Source: a virus
Strand: one strand, 5' to 3'
UHGV virus genome: UHGV-1361184
DNA: 39,532 nt
This document shows positions 20,768 to 32,012 of the stretch, in pieces. The position numbers and the translations under genes were made by a program. The stretch's first letter is position 1, and the number at the start of each line of letters is the position of its first letter. A model generated the notes under the pieces. The model was given only the letters and a program-made list of their open reading frames with translations, was not told the origin of the DNA and did no database searches.

Positions 20768-21245
20768 TTTAGTTCTTGCGGCATTACGTAAGCTCGGTGT
20801 GGCATCAAATGCCACGTTAACCGATGTCGAACCTCAGTCCATGGAAGATGGTGTCAACGACCTTGAAATGATGATGGCGGAATGGCTTGGCGGTGATGCG
20901 TCACCAGGTATCAACGTTGGCTACATTTTTGCTGATGCAGATGTCTCTCCTGATCCGGGCGATGAGCACGGTTTATCAAATAACGCTATCAATGCCGTCA
21001 TTTTCAACCTTGCCTGCCGCATTGCTCCAGATTATGCGCTGGAAGCGTCTGCAAAACTTATAACCACTGCCAGATACGGGAAAGAGCGACTAATCAAACT
21101 GTCTGCAATGGACAGAGCAAAAGCCGCTAAATGTAAGTCCGGTTATCCAAACCGTATGCCTGTTGGTAGTGGTAACCAGTTGGCGAAGTGGAACGGTTGG
21201 AATTACTTCCACCGAAAGGAACCTTGCGATAACGGGAGCGAATAA
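20745..21245 (+). CDS. 4: Head-completion / tail accessory protein (P22 gp4-like)
   Basis: 166 aa; [28 protein letters not shown]...[13 protein letters not shown] parallels P22 gp4. Confidence 0.85.
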   Translation: MNLTTKGDLVLAALRKLGVASNATLTDVEPQSMEDGVNDLEMMMAEWLGGDASPGINVGYIFADADVSPDPGDEHGLSNNAINAVIFNLACRIAPDYALEASAKLITTARYGKERLIKLSAMDRAKAAKCKSGYPNRMPVGSGNQLAKWNGWNYFHRKEPCDNGSE

Positions 21246-22663
21246 TGCCGATTCAGCAACTTCCGCTTATGAAAGGTGTCGGCAAAGACTTTAGAAACGC
21301 TGACTATATCGACTATCTGCCAGTGAATATGTTGGCTACACCCAAAGAAATCCTTAACAGCAGCGGATATCTTCGCTCATTCCCGGGCATTGCCAAACGT
21401 TCTGATGTGAACGGTGTATCTCGCGGCGTCGAGTACAACATGGCGCAGAGTGCTGTTTATCGCGTGTGTGGTGGCAAGCTGTACAAAGGAGAAAGTGAAG
21501 TTGGTGATGTCGCCGGAAGTGGTCGTGTATCAATGGCGCATGGTCGGACATCACAGGCGGTAGGCGTTAACGGGAAACTGGTCGAGTATCGCTATGATGG
21601 CACGGTTAAAACCGTCTCAAACTGGCCTACAGACAGCGGATTCACGCAGTATGAGTTAGGTTCTGTTCGTGACATTACTCGCTTACGTGGGCGTTATGCG
21701 TGGTCAAAAGACGGTACTGATTCATGGTTTATCACTGACCTTGAAGACGAATCGCATCCTGACCGTTACAGTGCACAATATCGTGCTGAGTCTCAGCCTG
21801 ACGGCATCATCGGCATCGGAACATGGCGAGACTTCATCGTCTGCTTTGGTTCATCGACGATTGAATATTTCTCCCTGACTGGCGCAACTACCGTTGGTGC
21901 TGCTTTGTATGTCGCGCAGCCATCGCTGATGGTGCAAAAAGGAATTGCCGGAACCTACTGCAAAACGCCGTTTGCTGATTCGTATGCGTTCATCAGCAAT
22001 CCGGCAACAGGTGCGCCGTCTGTATACATCATCGGCTCCGGTCAGGTGTCACCAATCGCCAGCGCGAGCATTGAGAAAATCCTCCGCTCCTACACTGCTG
22101 ATGAACTGGCTGATGGCGTGATGGAATCGTTGCGGTTTGATGCTCATGAGTTGCTGATTATTCACCTGCCGCGCCATGTTCTTGTTTACGACGCATCTTC
22201 AAGCGCTAATGGTCCGCAATGGTGTGTGCTGAAAACAGGACTGTATGACGATGTGTACCGCGCTATCGACTTCATTTACGAAGGCAATCAGATAACGTGC
22301 GGCGATAAGCTGGAATCCGTGACCGGGAAATTGCAGTTCGATATCAGCAGCCAGTACGACAAGCAACAGGAACACCTACTGTTTACTCCGTTGTTCAAAG
22401 CGGATAACGCCAGATGCTTCGATCTGGAGGTTGAATCTTCAACTGGCGTTGCTCAGTATGCTGACCGCCTTTTTCTCTCTGCAACCACTGACGGCATCAA
22501 TTACGGGCGTGAGCAGATGATTGAGCAGAATGAACCGTTCGTTTACGACAAACGCGTTTTGTGGAAGCGAGTAGGGCGCATCAGGAAAAATGTCGGCTTC
22601 AAATTGCGCGTTATCACTAAGTCACCTGTCACTCTGTCAGGCTGCCAGATAAGGATTGAGTAA
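21245..22663 (+). CDS. 10: Tail accessory protein (P22 gp10-like)
   Basis: 472 aa, same length and position as P22 gp10. Confidence 0.8.
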   Translation: MPIQQLPLMKGVGKDFRNADYIDYLPVNMLATPKEILNSSGYLRSFPGIAKRSDVNGVSRGVEYNMAQSAVYRVCGGKLYKGESEVGDVAGSGRVSMAHGRTSQAVGVNGKLVEYRYDGTVKTVSNWPTDSGFTQYELGSVRDITRLRGRYAWSKDGTDSWFITDLEDESHPDRYSAQYRAESQPDGIIGIGTWRDFIVCFGSSTIEYFSLTGATTVGAALYVAQPSLMVQKGIAGTYCKTPFADSYAFISNPATGAPSVYIIGSGQVSPIASASIEKILRSYTADELADGVMESLRFDAHELLIIHLPRHVLVYDASSSANGPQWCVLKTGLYDDVYRAIDFIYEGNQITCGDKLESVTGKLQFDISSQYDKQQEHLLFTPLFKADNARCFDLEVESSTGVAQYADRLFLSATTDGINYGREQMIEQNEPFVYDKRVLWKRVGRIRKNVGFKLRVITKSPVTLSGCQIRIE

Positions 22664-23364
22664 TGGTTGATTCATCACTGAATAATCCTGTCGCGGTTCA
22701 GGCTACGCGCCTTGATGCTTCAATTTTGCCACGCAATATATTCAGCCAGTCTTACATGCTGTATGTCATAAATCAGGGTGCTGATGTTGGCGCAATTGCC
22801 GGGAAGGCAAATCAGGCTGGTCAGGGCGCTTACGATGCTCAGGTGAAAAACGATGAACAGGACGTCGAGCTGGCAGATCACGATGCAAGAATCACCGCAA
22901 ACACAAAAGCGATAAATCTCCTTGAGGTCAGGTTAACAACCGCCGAAGGGAAGATAGTCGTACTACGTAGCGATGTTGATTACTTGCTGGATGAGGTTAT
23001 CGATATTCAGGCGCATCTGGTCACTGTTGACCAAAGACTGGATGGCGTAGAAAGCGATGTATCTGACATTAAGAGTGATTACGTATCGAAAACCGTAACC
23101 GAATCGCAGTCTCTTGCGTCACCGCTGGATGTAAAAACATCATATTCAGTTGATGGAATTCAGGTCGTTGGAGCAAGGCAGACCGGATGGACTGCAGCCA
23201 CAGGTACGCCACTTCTTGGCTCATTCAACGCTAACCAGTCATACACTGTCGGCACTACGTACACGCAATCCGAAGTCGCAGCTCTCGCTACAGGTTTGCA
23301 GCAGGCGCGGCAGCGTATTCTGGCGCTTGAAACGGCACTTAGATTACATGGGCTGATTGACTGA
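22663..23364 (+). CDS. 26: Tail needle (P22 gp26-like)
   Basis: 233 aa; [23 protein letters not shown]...[19 protein letters not shown]... and C-terminal [13 protein letters not shown] match P22 gp26. Confidence 0.9.
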   Translation: MVDSSLNNPVAVQATRLDASILPRNIFSQSYMLYVINQGADVGAIAGKANQAGQGAYDAQVKNDEQDVELADHDARITANTKAINLLEVRLTTAEGKIVVLRSDVDYLLDEVIDIQAHLVTVDQRLDGVESDVSDIKSDYVSKTVTESQSLASPLDVKTSYSVDGIQVVGARQTGWTAATGTPLLGSFNANQSYTVGTTYTQSEVAALATGLQQARQRILALETALRLHGLID

Positions 23365-23819
23365 TGATTACATTCAAACCAACGCGAAACATCGACCTGA
23401 TCGAAGCAGTCGGAAATCACCCTGACATTATTGCCGGGAGCAACAACGGTGATGGATACGACTACAAGCCTGAATGCCGTTACTTTGAGGTTAACGTGCA
23501 CGGTCAGTTTGGCGGCATTGTTTACTATCAGGAGATTCAGCCGCTGACATTCGATTGCCACGCCATGTACCTGTCAGAGATTCGCGGCTTCAGCAAGGAA
23601 ATCGGACTGGCGTTCTGGCGATACATTCTGACTAACACCACCGTTCAGTGCGTAACATCGTTCGCTGCACGCAAATTCCGACACGGTCAGATGTACTGCG
23701 CAATGATTGGCCTTAAGCGTGTAGGAACCATCAAGAAATACTTCAAAGGCGTGGATGACGTGACTTTTTACAGCGCCACACGCGAAGAACTAATCGACTT
23801 CCTGAATCATGGGAGATAG
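23364..23819 (+). CDS. Head-assembly/ejection-associated protein (position of P22 gp14)
   Basis: 151 aa ORF between gp26 and gp7 homologues; assigned by synteny only. Confidence 0.5.
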   Translation: MITFKPTRNIDLIEAVGNHPDIIAGSNNGDGYDYKPECRYFEVNVHGQFGGIVYYQEIQPLTFDCHAMYLSEIRGFSKEIGLAFWRYILTNTTVQCVTSFAARKFRHGQMYCAMIGLKRVGTIKKYFKGVDDVTFYSATREELIDFLNHGR

Positions 23820-23821
23820 CC

Positions 23822-24517
23822 ATGTTATATGCATTTAAGCTGGGCAGAAAGCTGCGCGGCGAGGAACCTTATTGCCCTGAAAAAGGCGGCAAAGGTGGCA
23901 GTTCTGATAAAAGCGCAAAGTATGCCGCAGAAGCTCAGAAGTATGCAGCAGACCTGCAAAATCAGCAGTTCAACACCATCATGAACAACCTGAAGCCGTT
24001 TACTCCTCTGGCTGATAAGTATGTCGGCAGCCTCGAGAACTTATCGTCTCTGGAAGGGCAAGGTCAGGCACTTAACCAGTATTACAACTCTCAGCAGTAC
24101 AAAGATCTTGCAGGTCAGGCTCGCTATCAGAGTCTGGCGGCAGCAGAGGCAACGGGTGGATTAGGCTCTACAGCAACAGGAAACCAGTTAGCAACAATCG
24201 CACCAACGCTTGGTCAGCAATGGCTATCTGGTCAGATGAACAACTACCAGAATCTGGCAAATATTGGTCTTGGCGCACTGCAAGGTCAGGCAAACGCCGG
24301 GCAGACATATGCCAACAACATGAGTCAGATTTCGCAGCAAAGTGCGGCTCTTGCAGCGGCAAATGCCAACAGACCATCAGCAATGCAATCTGCTATTGGC
24401 GGAGGTGCGTCTGGTGCTATTGCTGGGGCTGGACTTGCGAAATCAATTGGTTCATCAACTCCGTGGGGTGCTGGTATCGGTGCTGGTATCGGTCTGCTTA
24501 GTTCACTGCTTTATTAA
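23822..24517 (+). CDS. 7: Ejection protein (P22 gp7-like)
   Basis: 231 aa, Gln/Ala/Gly-rich with C-terminal hydrophobic Gly-rich segment; synteny. Confidence 0.7.
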   Translation: MLYAFKLGRKLRGEEPYCPEKGGKGGSSDKSAKYAAEAQKYAADLQNQQFNTIMNNLKPFTPLADKYVGSLENLSSLEGQGQALNQYYNSQQYKDLAGQARYQSLAAAEATGGLGSTATGNQLATIAPTLGQQWLSGQMNNYQNLANIGLGALQGQANAGQTYANNMSQISQQSAALAAANANRPSAMQSAIGGGASGAIAGAGLAKSIGSSTPWGAGIGAGIGLLSSLLY

Positions 24518-24527
24518 GGGGTAATCA

Positions 24528-25802
24528 ATGGCTACGTGGCAACAGGGTATTAATTCTGGTGGTTTTCTGGCTGGCATCGGTACGCAAAATGAGAATGCGC
24601 CAAAGGCAAGCGACATTAACGCAACGCTTGGTCTGATCCGCGAAAACAATGAACTGGCTCGCTCAGGTGCAAATAACGTTGGCCTGACCGCGTTACGTGG
24701 TCTGGCTGGAGTTGCTGATATTTACAATCAGGAACAGCAACAGAAAGCTATTAGTGCGTTCAATAAGGTTCACGCTGATGCATGGGCTTCTGGTGATCCA
24801 TCGGGACTATTTAAGTTTGCCCAGGAAAATCCAGCGTTTGTTGCACAGGCACAACAGGCGTTTTCCGGTCTTAATGATCAGCAACGCAACGATATGGGCG
24901 ATTTAGCCATGAGGGCTAACGTCGCTCTTTCTCAGGGACCGGAAGCCTACAGTAAATTCATTACTGATAACAAGGACAGGTTAAATCGCGTGGGGGCGAA
25001 TGCTGACTGGATGATTCAGACAGGTATTCAGAATCCAGAGCAGCTATCACACATGCTGACTACTATGTCTCTCGGTGCACTTGGGCCAGAAAAGGCGTTT
25101 GCTGTTCAGGACAAGATGGTTGGTCGCCAGCAGGAGCAGCAAAGAATTAACGAAACAATCCGTAATAATGACATGACAAATGCCAGAGGGTGGGCAAGCA
25201 ACAATATTGCGCAACAAAATGTCAATCTTCGTCGGATGGAATTAGAGGACAAGAAATACGACAGACTCATCGCAAATGAAACTAATGCCTTAAAACTTGC
25301 TGAATTGCAGGACAAGAGATTGCAGAATCAGCAAGCTATGGAGCAGGCAAAGCGAGATAAGGCCGATGCGTACAACTCTGGAATGGATAATCTCTCCAGA
25401 ACGATAGAGACGGCTACAAAAGTTCTTAATAGCCCAGGATTCACGGGATATTTCGGAACAAACCTAAACCCACTATCGAGTAGATTCATTCCAGGAACAG
25501 AGGCTGCTGATACAGAAACTCTGGTTGACACACTGAAATCTCAGGGATTCTTATCTGGCATTCAGCAGATGAAAGGGATGGGGGCTTTAAGTAATGCCGA
25601 GGGGCAAAAGGTAATGGATGCTATTGGTAGTTTGTCCCCAAATCAGTCTGAAAAATCAGCCAGAGCAGCTATCAAAACAATCATAAAAACCACTGAGATG
25701 GCTCAGAAACGTATGCAACAGAAATACGGGAAGGACATACAACCGTCTCAACAGCAGCTTTCTGATGATGACCTGATTAATAAATATCTCGGAGGGCAGT
25801 AA
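24528..25802 (+). CDS. Ejection protein (position of P22 gp20)
   Basis: 424 aa ORF in the E-protein cluster; synteny-based. Confidence 0.6.
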   Translation: MATWQQGINSGGFLAGIGTQNENAPKASDINATLGLIRENNELARSGANNVGLTALRGLAGVADIYNQEQQQKAISAFNKVHADAWASGDPSGLFKFAQENPAFVAQAQQAFSGLNDQQRNDMGDLAMRANVALSQGPEAYSKFITDNKDRLNRVGANADWMIQTGIQNPEQLSHMLTTMSLGALGPEKAFAVQDKMVGRQQEQQRINETIRNNDMTNARGWASNNIAQQNVNLRRMELEDKKYDRLIANETNALKLAELQDKRLQNQQAMEQAKRDKADAYNSGMDNLSRTIETATKVLNSPGFTGYFGTNLNPLSSRFIPGTEAADTETLVDTLKSQGFLSGIQQMKGMGALSNAEGQKVMDAIGSLSPNQSEKSARAAIKTIIKTTEMAQKRMQQKYGKDIQPSQQQLSDDDLINKYLGGQ

Positions 25803-27913
25803 TGGCCTATAGTCGCGAACAGTTGATGACGGCGTTAAGGAATGCTGATGCTGCCGGCGATACTGAGGGAGCACGTCGCATTGCTCAGATGCTGTCTTCT
25901 GGTGATCAATCCACTCAAAACCAATCGCAGCCAGAAGAACAATCTCTGGTGGGAAAAGCCACTGACTGGCTCACTGGTGGTCAAAGTGCAGGGCAAATTG
26001 CAGAACAGGCTGGTCGTGGTCTGGTAAACATACCATTTGACGTATTGCAGGGTGGCGCAAGTCTGATTAATGCAATCAGCCAAGGGCTTGGTGGCCCCAA
26101 GGTTTTGGATGATGTTTATCGCCCTGTCGATCGACCGACAGACCCTTACGCGCAAGCCGGTGAAACAATTGGTGGGTATCTCCTGCCAATTGGCACAGCG
26201 GCAAAAGCTGCTGGAGCGCCAGCAAAGCTCGCTGGAGATATCGGTTCCGCAGGAAACATGATTGCAGGTTCACTTGCTGATGCTGCAAATCAGGAGGGCG
26301 ACTTTGCACAAAATGCTGCCATTAACGGTGGTATCAATATTGGTGCTCAAGGCGTTCTTTCAGGTGTCGGGCGCGTTATTGCTCCAAGGGTTTCACAGGC
26401 TATTGGTGGTGCAGCACTGAATTCTGCTAATGATGTTTCCAGGATGGCAAAGTCAGGTGCTGGGCGTCAGTCAATTGCCAGTCAGGCCGCTAATGTGTCC
26501 GAAGATGTAGCAAAAGCGGCTGAGTCTGCTGGAATTGATATAAACGCATTAACACCAGGAATGCGATCTGGAAGTCGTGGAATTGCACAAGCCGAAGGCG
26601 CATTGGCATCAACACCTGGAATTGTTCAGGACGCCCATCAGGCAGCATTTAACGAAATATCATCAAAGTTAAGTCGAAACCTTGATGAATTTGGGGCCGC
26701 ATCTGGAACGGCATCAGAAAAAAGTGCGGCTATAAAACAAAGGATTCTTCAAAATCTTGATCAGATGAAGGATGCCGAGCGCGCGGCATGGGATGACGTG
26801 CGGTCAACAATGCCAAATCAAAAAGCAAGAATGCTAAATGGTAATGCCGTTATTCAGGCAGAGCGATCTGCTGGCATACCGCTTACTCCTGAAATGAAAC
26901 AGTTTGTTCAGGCAAACAATCAAGGTGGAGTAACATTTGATGGCATGAAAGCATGGAGAGCGAAATTTGCTGATGCGGAGCAAAAATATAAGCGTAGCGG
27001 AGAGGCAAATGCGGCAAGGAGAGCAGGGGAAATACGCCGGGCAATTACTGATGATATGCGCACAATGGCGGAAAACGGCGGATTTCTTGATGACTGGCAG
27101 AAAGCTAATGATCTGTCTAAAGCGAGGTTATCAGCACAAGAGAGTGCAGAGTCTGTTTTCGGGCGTGATTTGGCAACAGATGCACTGATTACGAATGGAG
27201 TAAAATCCCTTCAATCATCGTCAGCTAAAGGTCTTAATGGTCCTGCTGGATTCCATTCTATGATCCGCGCGCTGCCAGAATCAGAGCGTGTTCCTGCTAT
27301 ATCATCAATGTTGCAAGATGCTATCTCGCATGGTGTACGTGGTGGCAAAGCTGATGCAGCAGGAATTAACCATATCGCAGAGATACTCACTCCACAAAAT
27401 GTAAAAGCCATTAGCCGATATTCCTCAGAGCTTGGAAGAATTGCAGATGCATATGGCACTCTTGCAAGAGCAGCAGTGAAACCTCAGCAGTATATTGAAA
27501 GAACAGGGCGAACTGCCAATGTACTACGCGATCTGGATGCTGGTTTATCCAACGTCACATCAACAGTGTTAAATGCAATTGCTAACTCAACATCAGGTGC
27601 CATTGTTGGTGGAGCAGGAGGGGGCATTGCAGGCGCTGCCGCAGGTGCTTTAGTTGGCGCTGGGTTAAAAGGCGCTGTATCTAAAATTGCCACCACACGT
27701 AGTGGTCGATATGCGATAGAGAAAGCTGTTCAGGAAGCCACCAAAGCAGTAAGAGCAGGCGGAAGCAAAGAAGCATTACTGGCGGCGGAACGCAGATTTA
27801 TGGCAAATAAGGCCGCCGTAAAAGCAATACGTGATACAGTCGGAAACGAAGAGTTTCAGCGCTTAGCGAGGGCTGGTATTGTGGCATCGCTAAGCGGAAT
27901 TGCACAGGAGTAA
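25802..27913 (+). CDS. Ejection protein (position of P22 gp16)
   Basis: 703 aa, Ala/Gly-rich with C-terminal [19 protein letters not shown] segment; synteny-based. Confidence 0.6.
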   Translation: MAYSREQLMTALRNADAAGDTEGARRIAQMLSSGDQSTQNQSQPEEQSLVGKATDWLTGGQSAGQIAEQAGRGLVNIPFDVLQGGASLINAISQGLGGPKVLDDVYRPVDRPTDPYAQAGETIGGYLLPIGTAAKAAGAPAKLAGDIGSAGNMIAGSLADAANQEGDFAQNAAINGGINIGAQGVLSGVGRVIAPRVSQAIGGAALNSANDVSRMAKSGAGRQSIASQAANVSEDVAKAAESAGIDINALTPGMRSGSRGIAQAEGALASTPGIVQDAHQAAFNEISSKLSRNLDEFGAASGTASEKSAAIKQRILQNLDQMKDAERAAWDDVRSTMPNQKARMLNGNAVIQAERSAGIPLTPEMKQFVQANNQGGVTFDGMKAWRAKFADAEQKYKRSGEANAARRAGEIRRAITDDMRTMAENGGFLDDWQKANDLSKARLSAQESAESVFGRDLATDALITNGVKSLQSSSAKGLNGPAGFHSMIRALPESERVPAISSMLQDAISHGVRGGKADAAGINHIAEILTPQNVKAISRYSSELGRIADAYGTLARAAVKPQQYIERTGRTANVLRDLDAGLSNVTSTVLNAIANSTSGAIVGGAGGGIAGAAAGALVGAGLKGAVSKIATTRSGRYAIEKAVQEATKAVRAGGSKEALLAAERRFMANKAAVKAIRDTVGNEEFQRLARAGIVASLSGIAQE

Positions 27914-27996
27914 TTAGTCGTCCACGGATGGATTGATCTTATCTCGTGCTTCACATTTGGTTGTTTTGTCATTAGGATGTTTCCGGTTTTTTAAAT

Positions 27997-28428
27997 ATGG
28001 AAATTGATATGAAGAGGATTATTAGCGTCGTTGCTGGCGTTATCATGTTATCTGGGTGCGCAACTATTGTTGGTGATGAAACGCAACTTGTGCAAGTGAA
28101 CAGCAACCCTTCCGGTGCGAGCTTTAAGGTAAAAGATGAATCAGGCGTGATTGTTGCGCAAGGCAAGACTCCACAAGGAGTAACTCTTGCCAAGTCAGAT
28201 GGTAGTTATTTTGGCAAAAAGAGCTACCAGATCACTATGGAAAAGGATGGGTACGAACCAGTTACCCTGCCAATCAAAGCCAATGCTAATGGTTGGTATA
28301 TTGGTGGAAACCTTGTGTTTGGTGGGTTAATTGGTTGGCTTGCTGTAGATCCATTTAATGGTGGGATGTATACCTTGAAGCCAAAAGAGGCAAACGCATC
28401 TCTTATACCATCAACAAAGCAAGACTAA
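27997..28428 (+). CDS. Predicted lipoprotein in the sieA position
   Basis: Signal peptide with lipobox (MKRIISVVAGVIMLSGC; alternative ATG at 28009); C-terminal hydrophobic GGNLVFGGLIGWLAV; own terminator. Confidence 0.6.
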   Translation: MEIDMKRIISVVAGVIMLSGCATIVGDETQLVQVNSNPSGASFKVKDESGVIVAQGKTPQGVTLAKSDGSYFGKKSYQITMEKDGYEPVTLPIKANANGWYIGGNLVFGGLIGWLAVDPFNGGMYTLKPKEANASLIPSTKQD

Positions 28429-28437
28429 TAAATAGGA

Positions 28438-28459
28438 CCCACCTTCAGGTGGGTTTTTT
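28438..28459. terminator. Intrinsic terminator (hairpin overlaps the mnt stop)
   Basis: CCCACC-TTCA-GGTGGG followed by T6 on the plus strand and preceded by an A-run. Confidence 0.6.
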
Positions 28460-28696
28460 GTACAAATCCTTCAGCGTATCAAACACCATCTTCTTAACAA
28501 GCTCTGACTGCTCATCAGCAAGTCGTTCTGCATCGTCGCGATATCCAGTCACAGGCGATGGTTTTGATAGAGCATCTTGGACGATTTGTAACAACTCGGA
28601 GTTCATTGATCTCCCATTCGCCTCCGCCCTGAATTTTAATTTCTCCCTTACTTCCATAGGCATACGGAAGTTAAAGTGCGGATCATCTCTAGCCAT
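28445..28696 (-). CDS. mnt: Mnt repressor (P22 immI)
   Basis: MARDDPHFNFRMPMEVREKLKFRAEANGRSMNSELLQIVQDALSKPSPVTGYRDDAERLADEQSELVKKMVFDTLKDLYKKPT, near-identical to P22 Mnt as recalled. Confidence 0.9.
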   Translation of the reverse strand: MARDDPHFNFRMPMEVREKLKFRAEANGRSMNSELLQIVQDALSKPSPVTGYRDDAERLADEQSELVKKMVFDTLKDLYKKPT

Positions 28697-28718
28697 GCCA
28701 TCACTCCAAGTTAGTGTA

Positions 28719-28770
28719 TTGACATGATAGAAGCACTCTACTATATTCTCAATAGGTCCACCGTGGACCT
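28719..28770. promoter_or_regulatory. immI control region: Pant, arc operator and mnt operator
   Basis: -35 TTGACA (28719-28724) and -10 TATATT (28742-28747); Oarc ATGATAGAAGCACTCTACTAT (28724-28744); Omnt 17-bp palindrome AGGTCCACCGTGGACCT (28754-28770). Confidence 0.75.
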
Positions 28771-28786
28771 ATATTGTGAGGTGAAC

Positions 28787-28948
28787 ATGAAAGGAATGAG
28801 CAAAATGCCGCAGTTCAATTTGCGGTGGCCTAAAGAAGTATTGGATTTGGTCCGCAAGGTGGCGGAAGAGAATGGTCGGTCTGTTAACTCTGAGATTTAT
28901 CAGAGAGTAATGAAAAGCCTTAAGAAGGAAGGGCGCATTGGCGCGTAA
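28787..28948 (+). CDS. arc: Arc repressor (P22 immI)
   Basis: MKGMSKMPQFNLRWPKEVLDLVRKVAEENGRSVNSEIYQRVMKSLKKEGRIGA, 53 aa, matches P22 Arc with few substitutions. Confidence 0.9.
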   Translation: MKGMSKMPQFNLRWPKEVLDLVRKVAEENGRSVNSEIYQRVMKSLKKEGRIGA

Positions 28949-29017
28949 AGTTGAAGCCCCAACTGCTGGAACAGTCAGGGCTTCGGTATCGTAAAACCAC
29001 GCATAGGAATTAACGAC

Positions 29018-29941
29018 ATGAAAAGTATAGCAACAGCAGTATCTACTATCAACGTGCCATTCCACGGCGCAGAGCTTTATGTTGTCAATCACAACGGCGA
29101 GCCGTACACCCCAATGAAACCTATCGTTGAGGGAATGGGTATGGATTGGGCTTCACAGTTTACAAAGTTAAAACAAAGATTTGCTAAAGGTATTGTGGAA
29201 ATCGCAATACCTTCAGTTGGCGGCGTGCAGACCATGATTTGCCTTGCTTTACGTAAACTGAATGGCTGGTTGCAAACCATCAGCCCTAACAAAGTCCGCC
29301 CTGAAATCCGCGACAATGTAATCCAGTATCAGGAAGAGTGTGACGATGTGCTCTACGAGTACTGGACTAAAGGTCATGTGGTTAACCCACGCAAAGCTAA
29401 AAAGGCGTTGCCGGGTAAAATCACCACTGAACAGCAGGAAGCCATTAAACAACTCGTCATGAGTCGCGGTCAGTCTCTGCCAAAGGAAAAACAGGCTAAG
29501 GCGATGATCACCATGTGGTCGTCACTGAAATCCCATTTTGGATGTTCATACAAAGAAATCAGTGAGGAGCAGTTTACCGAAGCACTGTCACTTGCAGCTC
29601 GAGTTCCGCTTGAAGGTGAGTTCATTGGCAAACAAGAGAAGAAAACCAACGAGCTTTCTGCAAAAGAAGCAAACAGCCTTGTATGGTTATGGGATTATGC
29701 CAACCGTTCGCAGGCATTATTCCGCGAACTGTATCCGGCATTAAAACAAATTCAATCGAACTATTCCGGCAGATGCTACGACTACGGTCATGAATTCTCG
29801 TATGTTATCGGAATGGCGAGAGACGTTTTAATCAATCACACACGAGATGTTGATATCAATGAGCCAGACGGACCAACGAATCTTTCCGCATGGATGAGAC
29901 TTAAGAATAAAGAATTACCTCCTTCAGTACATAACTACTGA
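29018..29941 (+). CDS. ant: Antirepressor Ant (P22 immI)
   Basis: 307 aa directly downstream of mnt-arc; N-terminus [23 protein letters not shown]... Confidence 0.8.
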   Translation: MKSIATAVSTINVPFHGAELYVVNHNGEPYTPMKPIVEGMGMDWASQFTKLKQRFAKGIVEIAIPSVGGVQTMICLALRKLNGWLQTISPNKVRPEIRDNVIQYQEECDDVLYEYWTKGHVVNPRKAKKALPGKITTEQQEAIKQLVMSRGQSLPKEKQAKAMITMWSSLKSHFGCSYKEISEEQFTEALSLAARVPLEGEFIGKQEKKTNELSAKEANSLVWLWDYANRSQALFRELYPALKQIQSNYSGRCYDYGHEFSYVIGMARDVLINHTRDVDINEPDGPTNLSAWMRLKNKELPPSVHNY

Positions 29942-29958
29942 CAGATAACCAACGCAAC

Positions 29959-29983
29959 GACCCAGCTTCGGCTGGGTTTTTTT
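29959..29983 (+). terminator. Intrinsic terminator after ant
   Basis: ACCCAGC-TTCG-GCTGGGT followed by T7. Confidence 0.7.
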
Positions 29984-30119
29984 ATGCCCAAAATTCACCG
30001 TAGCTACTCAGCGGCTATGGCCTTGAAAGATAGCACTACACAAAAAGTGTAGTGCAAAAAGCAAACAAATACTCGCCGTAGCCATGCTGCGGCGATTCCT
30101 TGTATCTGGAGCAAATTAA

Positions 30120-31556
30120 ATGACAGACATTACAGCCAATGTGATCGTATCGATGCCTTCGCAACTCTTTACTATGGCCCGCTCTTTTAAAGCCGTAGCT
30201 AATGGCAAAATTTATATCGGTAAAATTGACACTGACCCAGTAAATCCAGAAAACCAGATTCAGGTTTATGTGGAGAACGAAGACGGCTCTCACGTTCCTG
30301 TTTCTCAACCAATCATCATTAACGCAGCTGGTTACCCCGTATACAACGGACAGATTGCCAAGTTTGTAACTGTGCAAGGCCATTCTATGGCTGTTTATGA
30401 TGCTTACGGCGTTCAGCAGTTTTATTACAAGAACGTGTTAAAGTATGATCCTGACCAGTTACGGCAAGTATTTATTGGCCCTGATGGAAAGGGTCTAGAT
30501 AACTTCTTTGGCGGCGGCGGCTGGACCGTGGCAAACGCTTCAACGGAGAACATCTATAATACCGCTGACGACACCAACAATAACGCACTACGCTGGCGCT
30601 ATGATGTGCCATCGACAGATAATCAACTCCCGATCGCCTATCTCAAGAAAACAATCACAACTACCAGGGATCCGGCTGCAGGAGGAAAGCCAGGCCGGTG
30701 GGATGAAGGCACTATTTACTCTCATGTAAAAAAACTTGGCGGCTCGGCATATGCGGCTGGTATAACCAGCATGTTTGACGCCACTGATGGAACAGGAGAT
30801 AGCGTTTCAATACACGCAAGGGCAAACGGTCGTCGTCCTCACGTTGTCGGCGGACAAGAGGGGTCGGGGGTCTGGGGATTGTGGTCGTTTGCTGTCGCTA
30901 CCCCGTCAGACGGGACATGGATTAAGCAGATGTTGGGGCTGGAGATTGACTGCATCAACAACGGACAGGCAATTCCATTCCCTGTGCCAACTGGTCAAGG
31001 TGCATATATCGGAGCACAGATAACCGCAGTTAATGGCATTTGCTCACATGGTCTTGAGATTGGCGCTGGTTCTGGCGCGTCATGGCACCGCGGTATTTTC
31101 ATCAGACAAGGCGCTATAACCCCATCAAATACATTCGCTGGCACAAGTTGCATTGAACTTGAAGGTGGTGTTTTTAATAAACGTGTTGGTGGGCTTAATT
31201 TCGGGAAAGGTTATTTTGACTACGGCATTAATTTTGCCAAGCCATCAGAAGATTACGCAAGCCTTGCTGCAATCATCATGGGTGAGGGAAACAGGATTTA
31301 CATGGGGGATTCTGTTTCATCGGCAAATTACATCGCAAAGGTAGCCGGTCAGTCCGTCTTAAACTTCCAGAACTTATCTATCGCCATTAACGGAACTAAA
31401 GTAATAGGCCCGAGAGTGACTGGGATCTTTGCACTCACTGGCACTGCTGACGGAGCAACGAAAAACACTGAAACAATGACACTCCAGGAATTAGCAAGGT
31501 ATGTTAAAAAGGGTTTTGATGCCCTTATCGGTCATGGCTTATTTAGCCCAACATAA
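30120..31556 (+). CDS. Tailspike: P22-like N-terminal head-binding domain fused to a short divergent receptor-binding domain
   Basis: N-terminal ~115 aa ([11 protein letters not shown]...[30 protein letters not shown]...[14 protein letters not shown]...VLKYDPDQ) matches P22 gp9; remainder (478 aa total) unlike P22. Confidence 0.8.
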   Translation: MTDITANVIVSMPSQLFTMARSFKAVANGKIYIGKIDTDPVNPENQIQVYVENEDGSHVPVSQPIIINAAGYPVYNGQIAKFVTVQGHSMAVYDAYGVQQFYYKNVLKYDPDQLRQVFIGPDGKGLDNFFGGGGWTVANASTENIYNTADDTNNNALRWRYDVPSTDNQLPIAYLKKTITTTRDPAAGGKPGRWDEGTIYSHVKKLGGSAYAAGITSMFDATDGTGDSVSIHARANGRRPHVVGGQEGSGVWGLWSFAVATPSDGTWIKQMLGLEIDCINNGQAIPFPVPTGQGAYIGAQITAVNGICSHGLEIGAGSGASWHRGIFIRQGAITPSNTFAGTSCIELEGGVFNKRVGGLNFGKGYFDYGINFAKPSEDYASLAAIIMGEGNRIYMGDSVSSANYIAKVAGQSVLNFQNLSIAINGTKVIGPRVTGIFALTGTADGATKNTETMTLQELARYVKKGFDALIGHGLFSPT

Positions 31557-31566
31557 TAGGAAAAAT

Positions 31567-31728
31567 ATGAATAAGCAAACTATTCAGTACATCATGCAAT
31601 TTATGCTGCGCGTTAATTTAACCGGGCATGAAGTTCCAGCTTTCAATGAAGCAATGAACGCTTTACAGGCTGAGTTAGATCGCCCTGAGGCATCAATGCC
31701 GGAGGTCAAAGATGGCTTTGACAAATAA
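31567..31728 (+). CDS. Small ORF (53 aa) downstream of tailspike
   Basis: AGGA RBS then ATG 31567; MNKQTIQYIMQFMLRVNLTGHEVPAFNEAMNALQAELDRPEASMPEVKDGFDK. Confidence 0.35.
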   Translation: MNKQTIQYIMQFMLRVNLTGHEVPAFNEAMNALQAELDRPEASMPEVKDGFDK

Positions 31729-31954
31729 TAACCAAGGGGCGCTATATATACGAGTGGAGTTGCCGCGCGTTTACGGCAAGTATCGTGTGCAGTACGACCT
31801 GATCCAGTATGTAGACCATCCAATAACTGGTGAAAAAGCAGAGGTCGGCAGGGAGGTTATGGAATGTGACTATGATCTGGATGGTCCTAACATCTTCGAG
31901 CAGTGTTACGAGCACGCAAAGAAAGAGTTGCCTTATGCGAAAATTGATTGCTAG
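31712..31954 (+). CDS. Hypothetical protein (80 aa)
   Basis: ORF overlapping the previous small ORF; followed by a hairpin; no motif recognised. Confidence 0.4.
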   Translation: MALTNNNQGALYIRVELPRVYGKYRVQYDLIQYVDHPITGEKAEVGREVMECDYDLDGPNIFEQCYEHAKKELPYAKIDC

Positions 31955-31987
31955 TTAAATTTTCAGATGCACATTTATGAGAGTAAA

Positions 31988-32009
31988 AAGGCGGGCATAA
32001 TCCCGCCTT
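31988..32009 (-). terminator. Intrinsic terminator after the glycosyltransferase gene
   Basis: 8-bp stem AAGGCGGG/CCCGCCTT with loop CATAAT, followed on the minus strand by T5. Confidence 0.6.
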
Positions 32010-32012
32010 GTC

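Noticed and set aside
28949-29017. Hairpin GAAGCCC...GGGCTTC in the arc-ant intergenic region as a possible sar antisense RNA terminator
   Set aside because: No flanking T-run on either strand and I could not place a promoter; left unannotated
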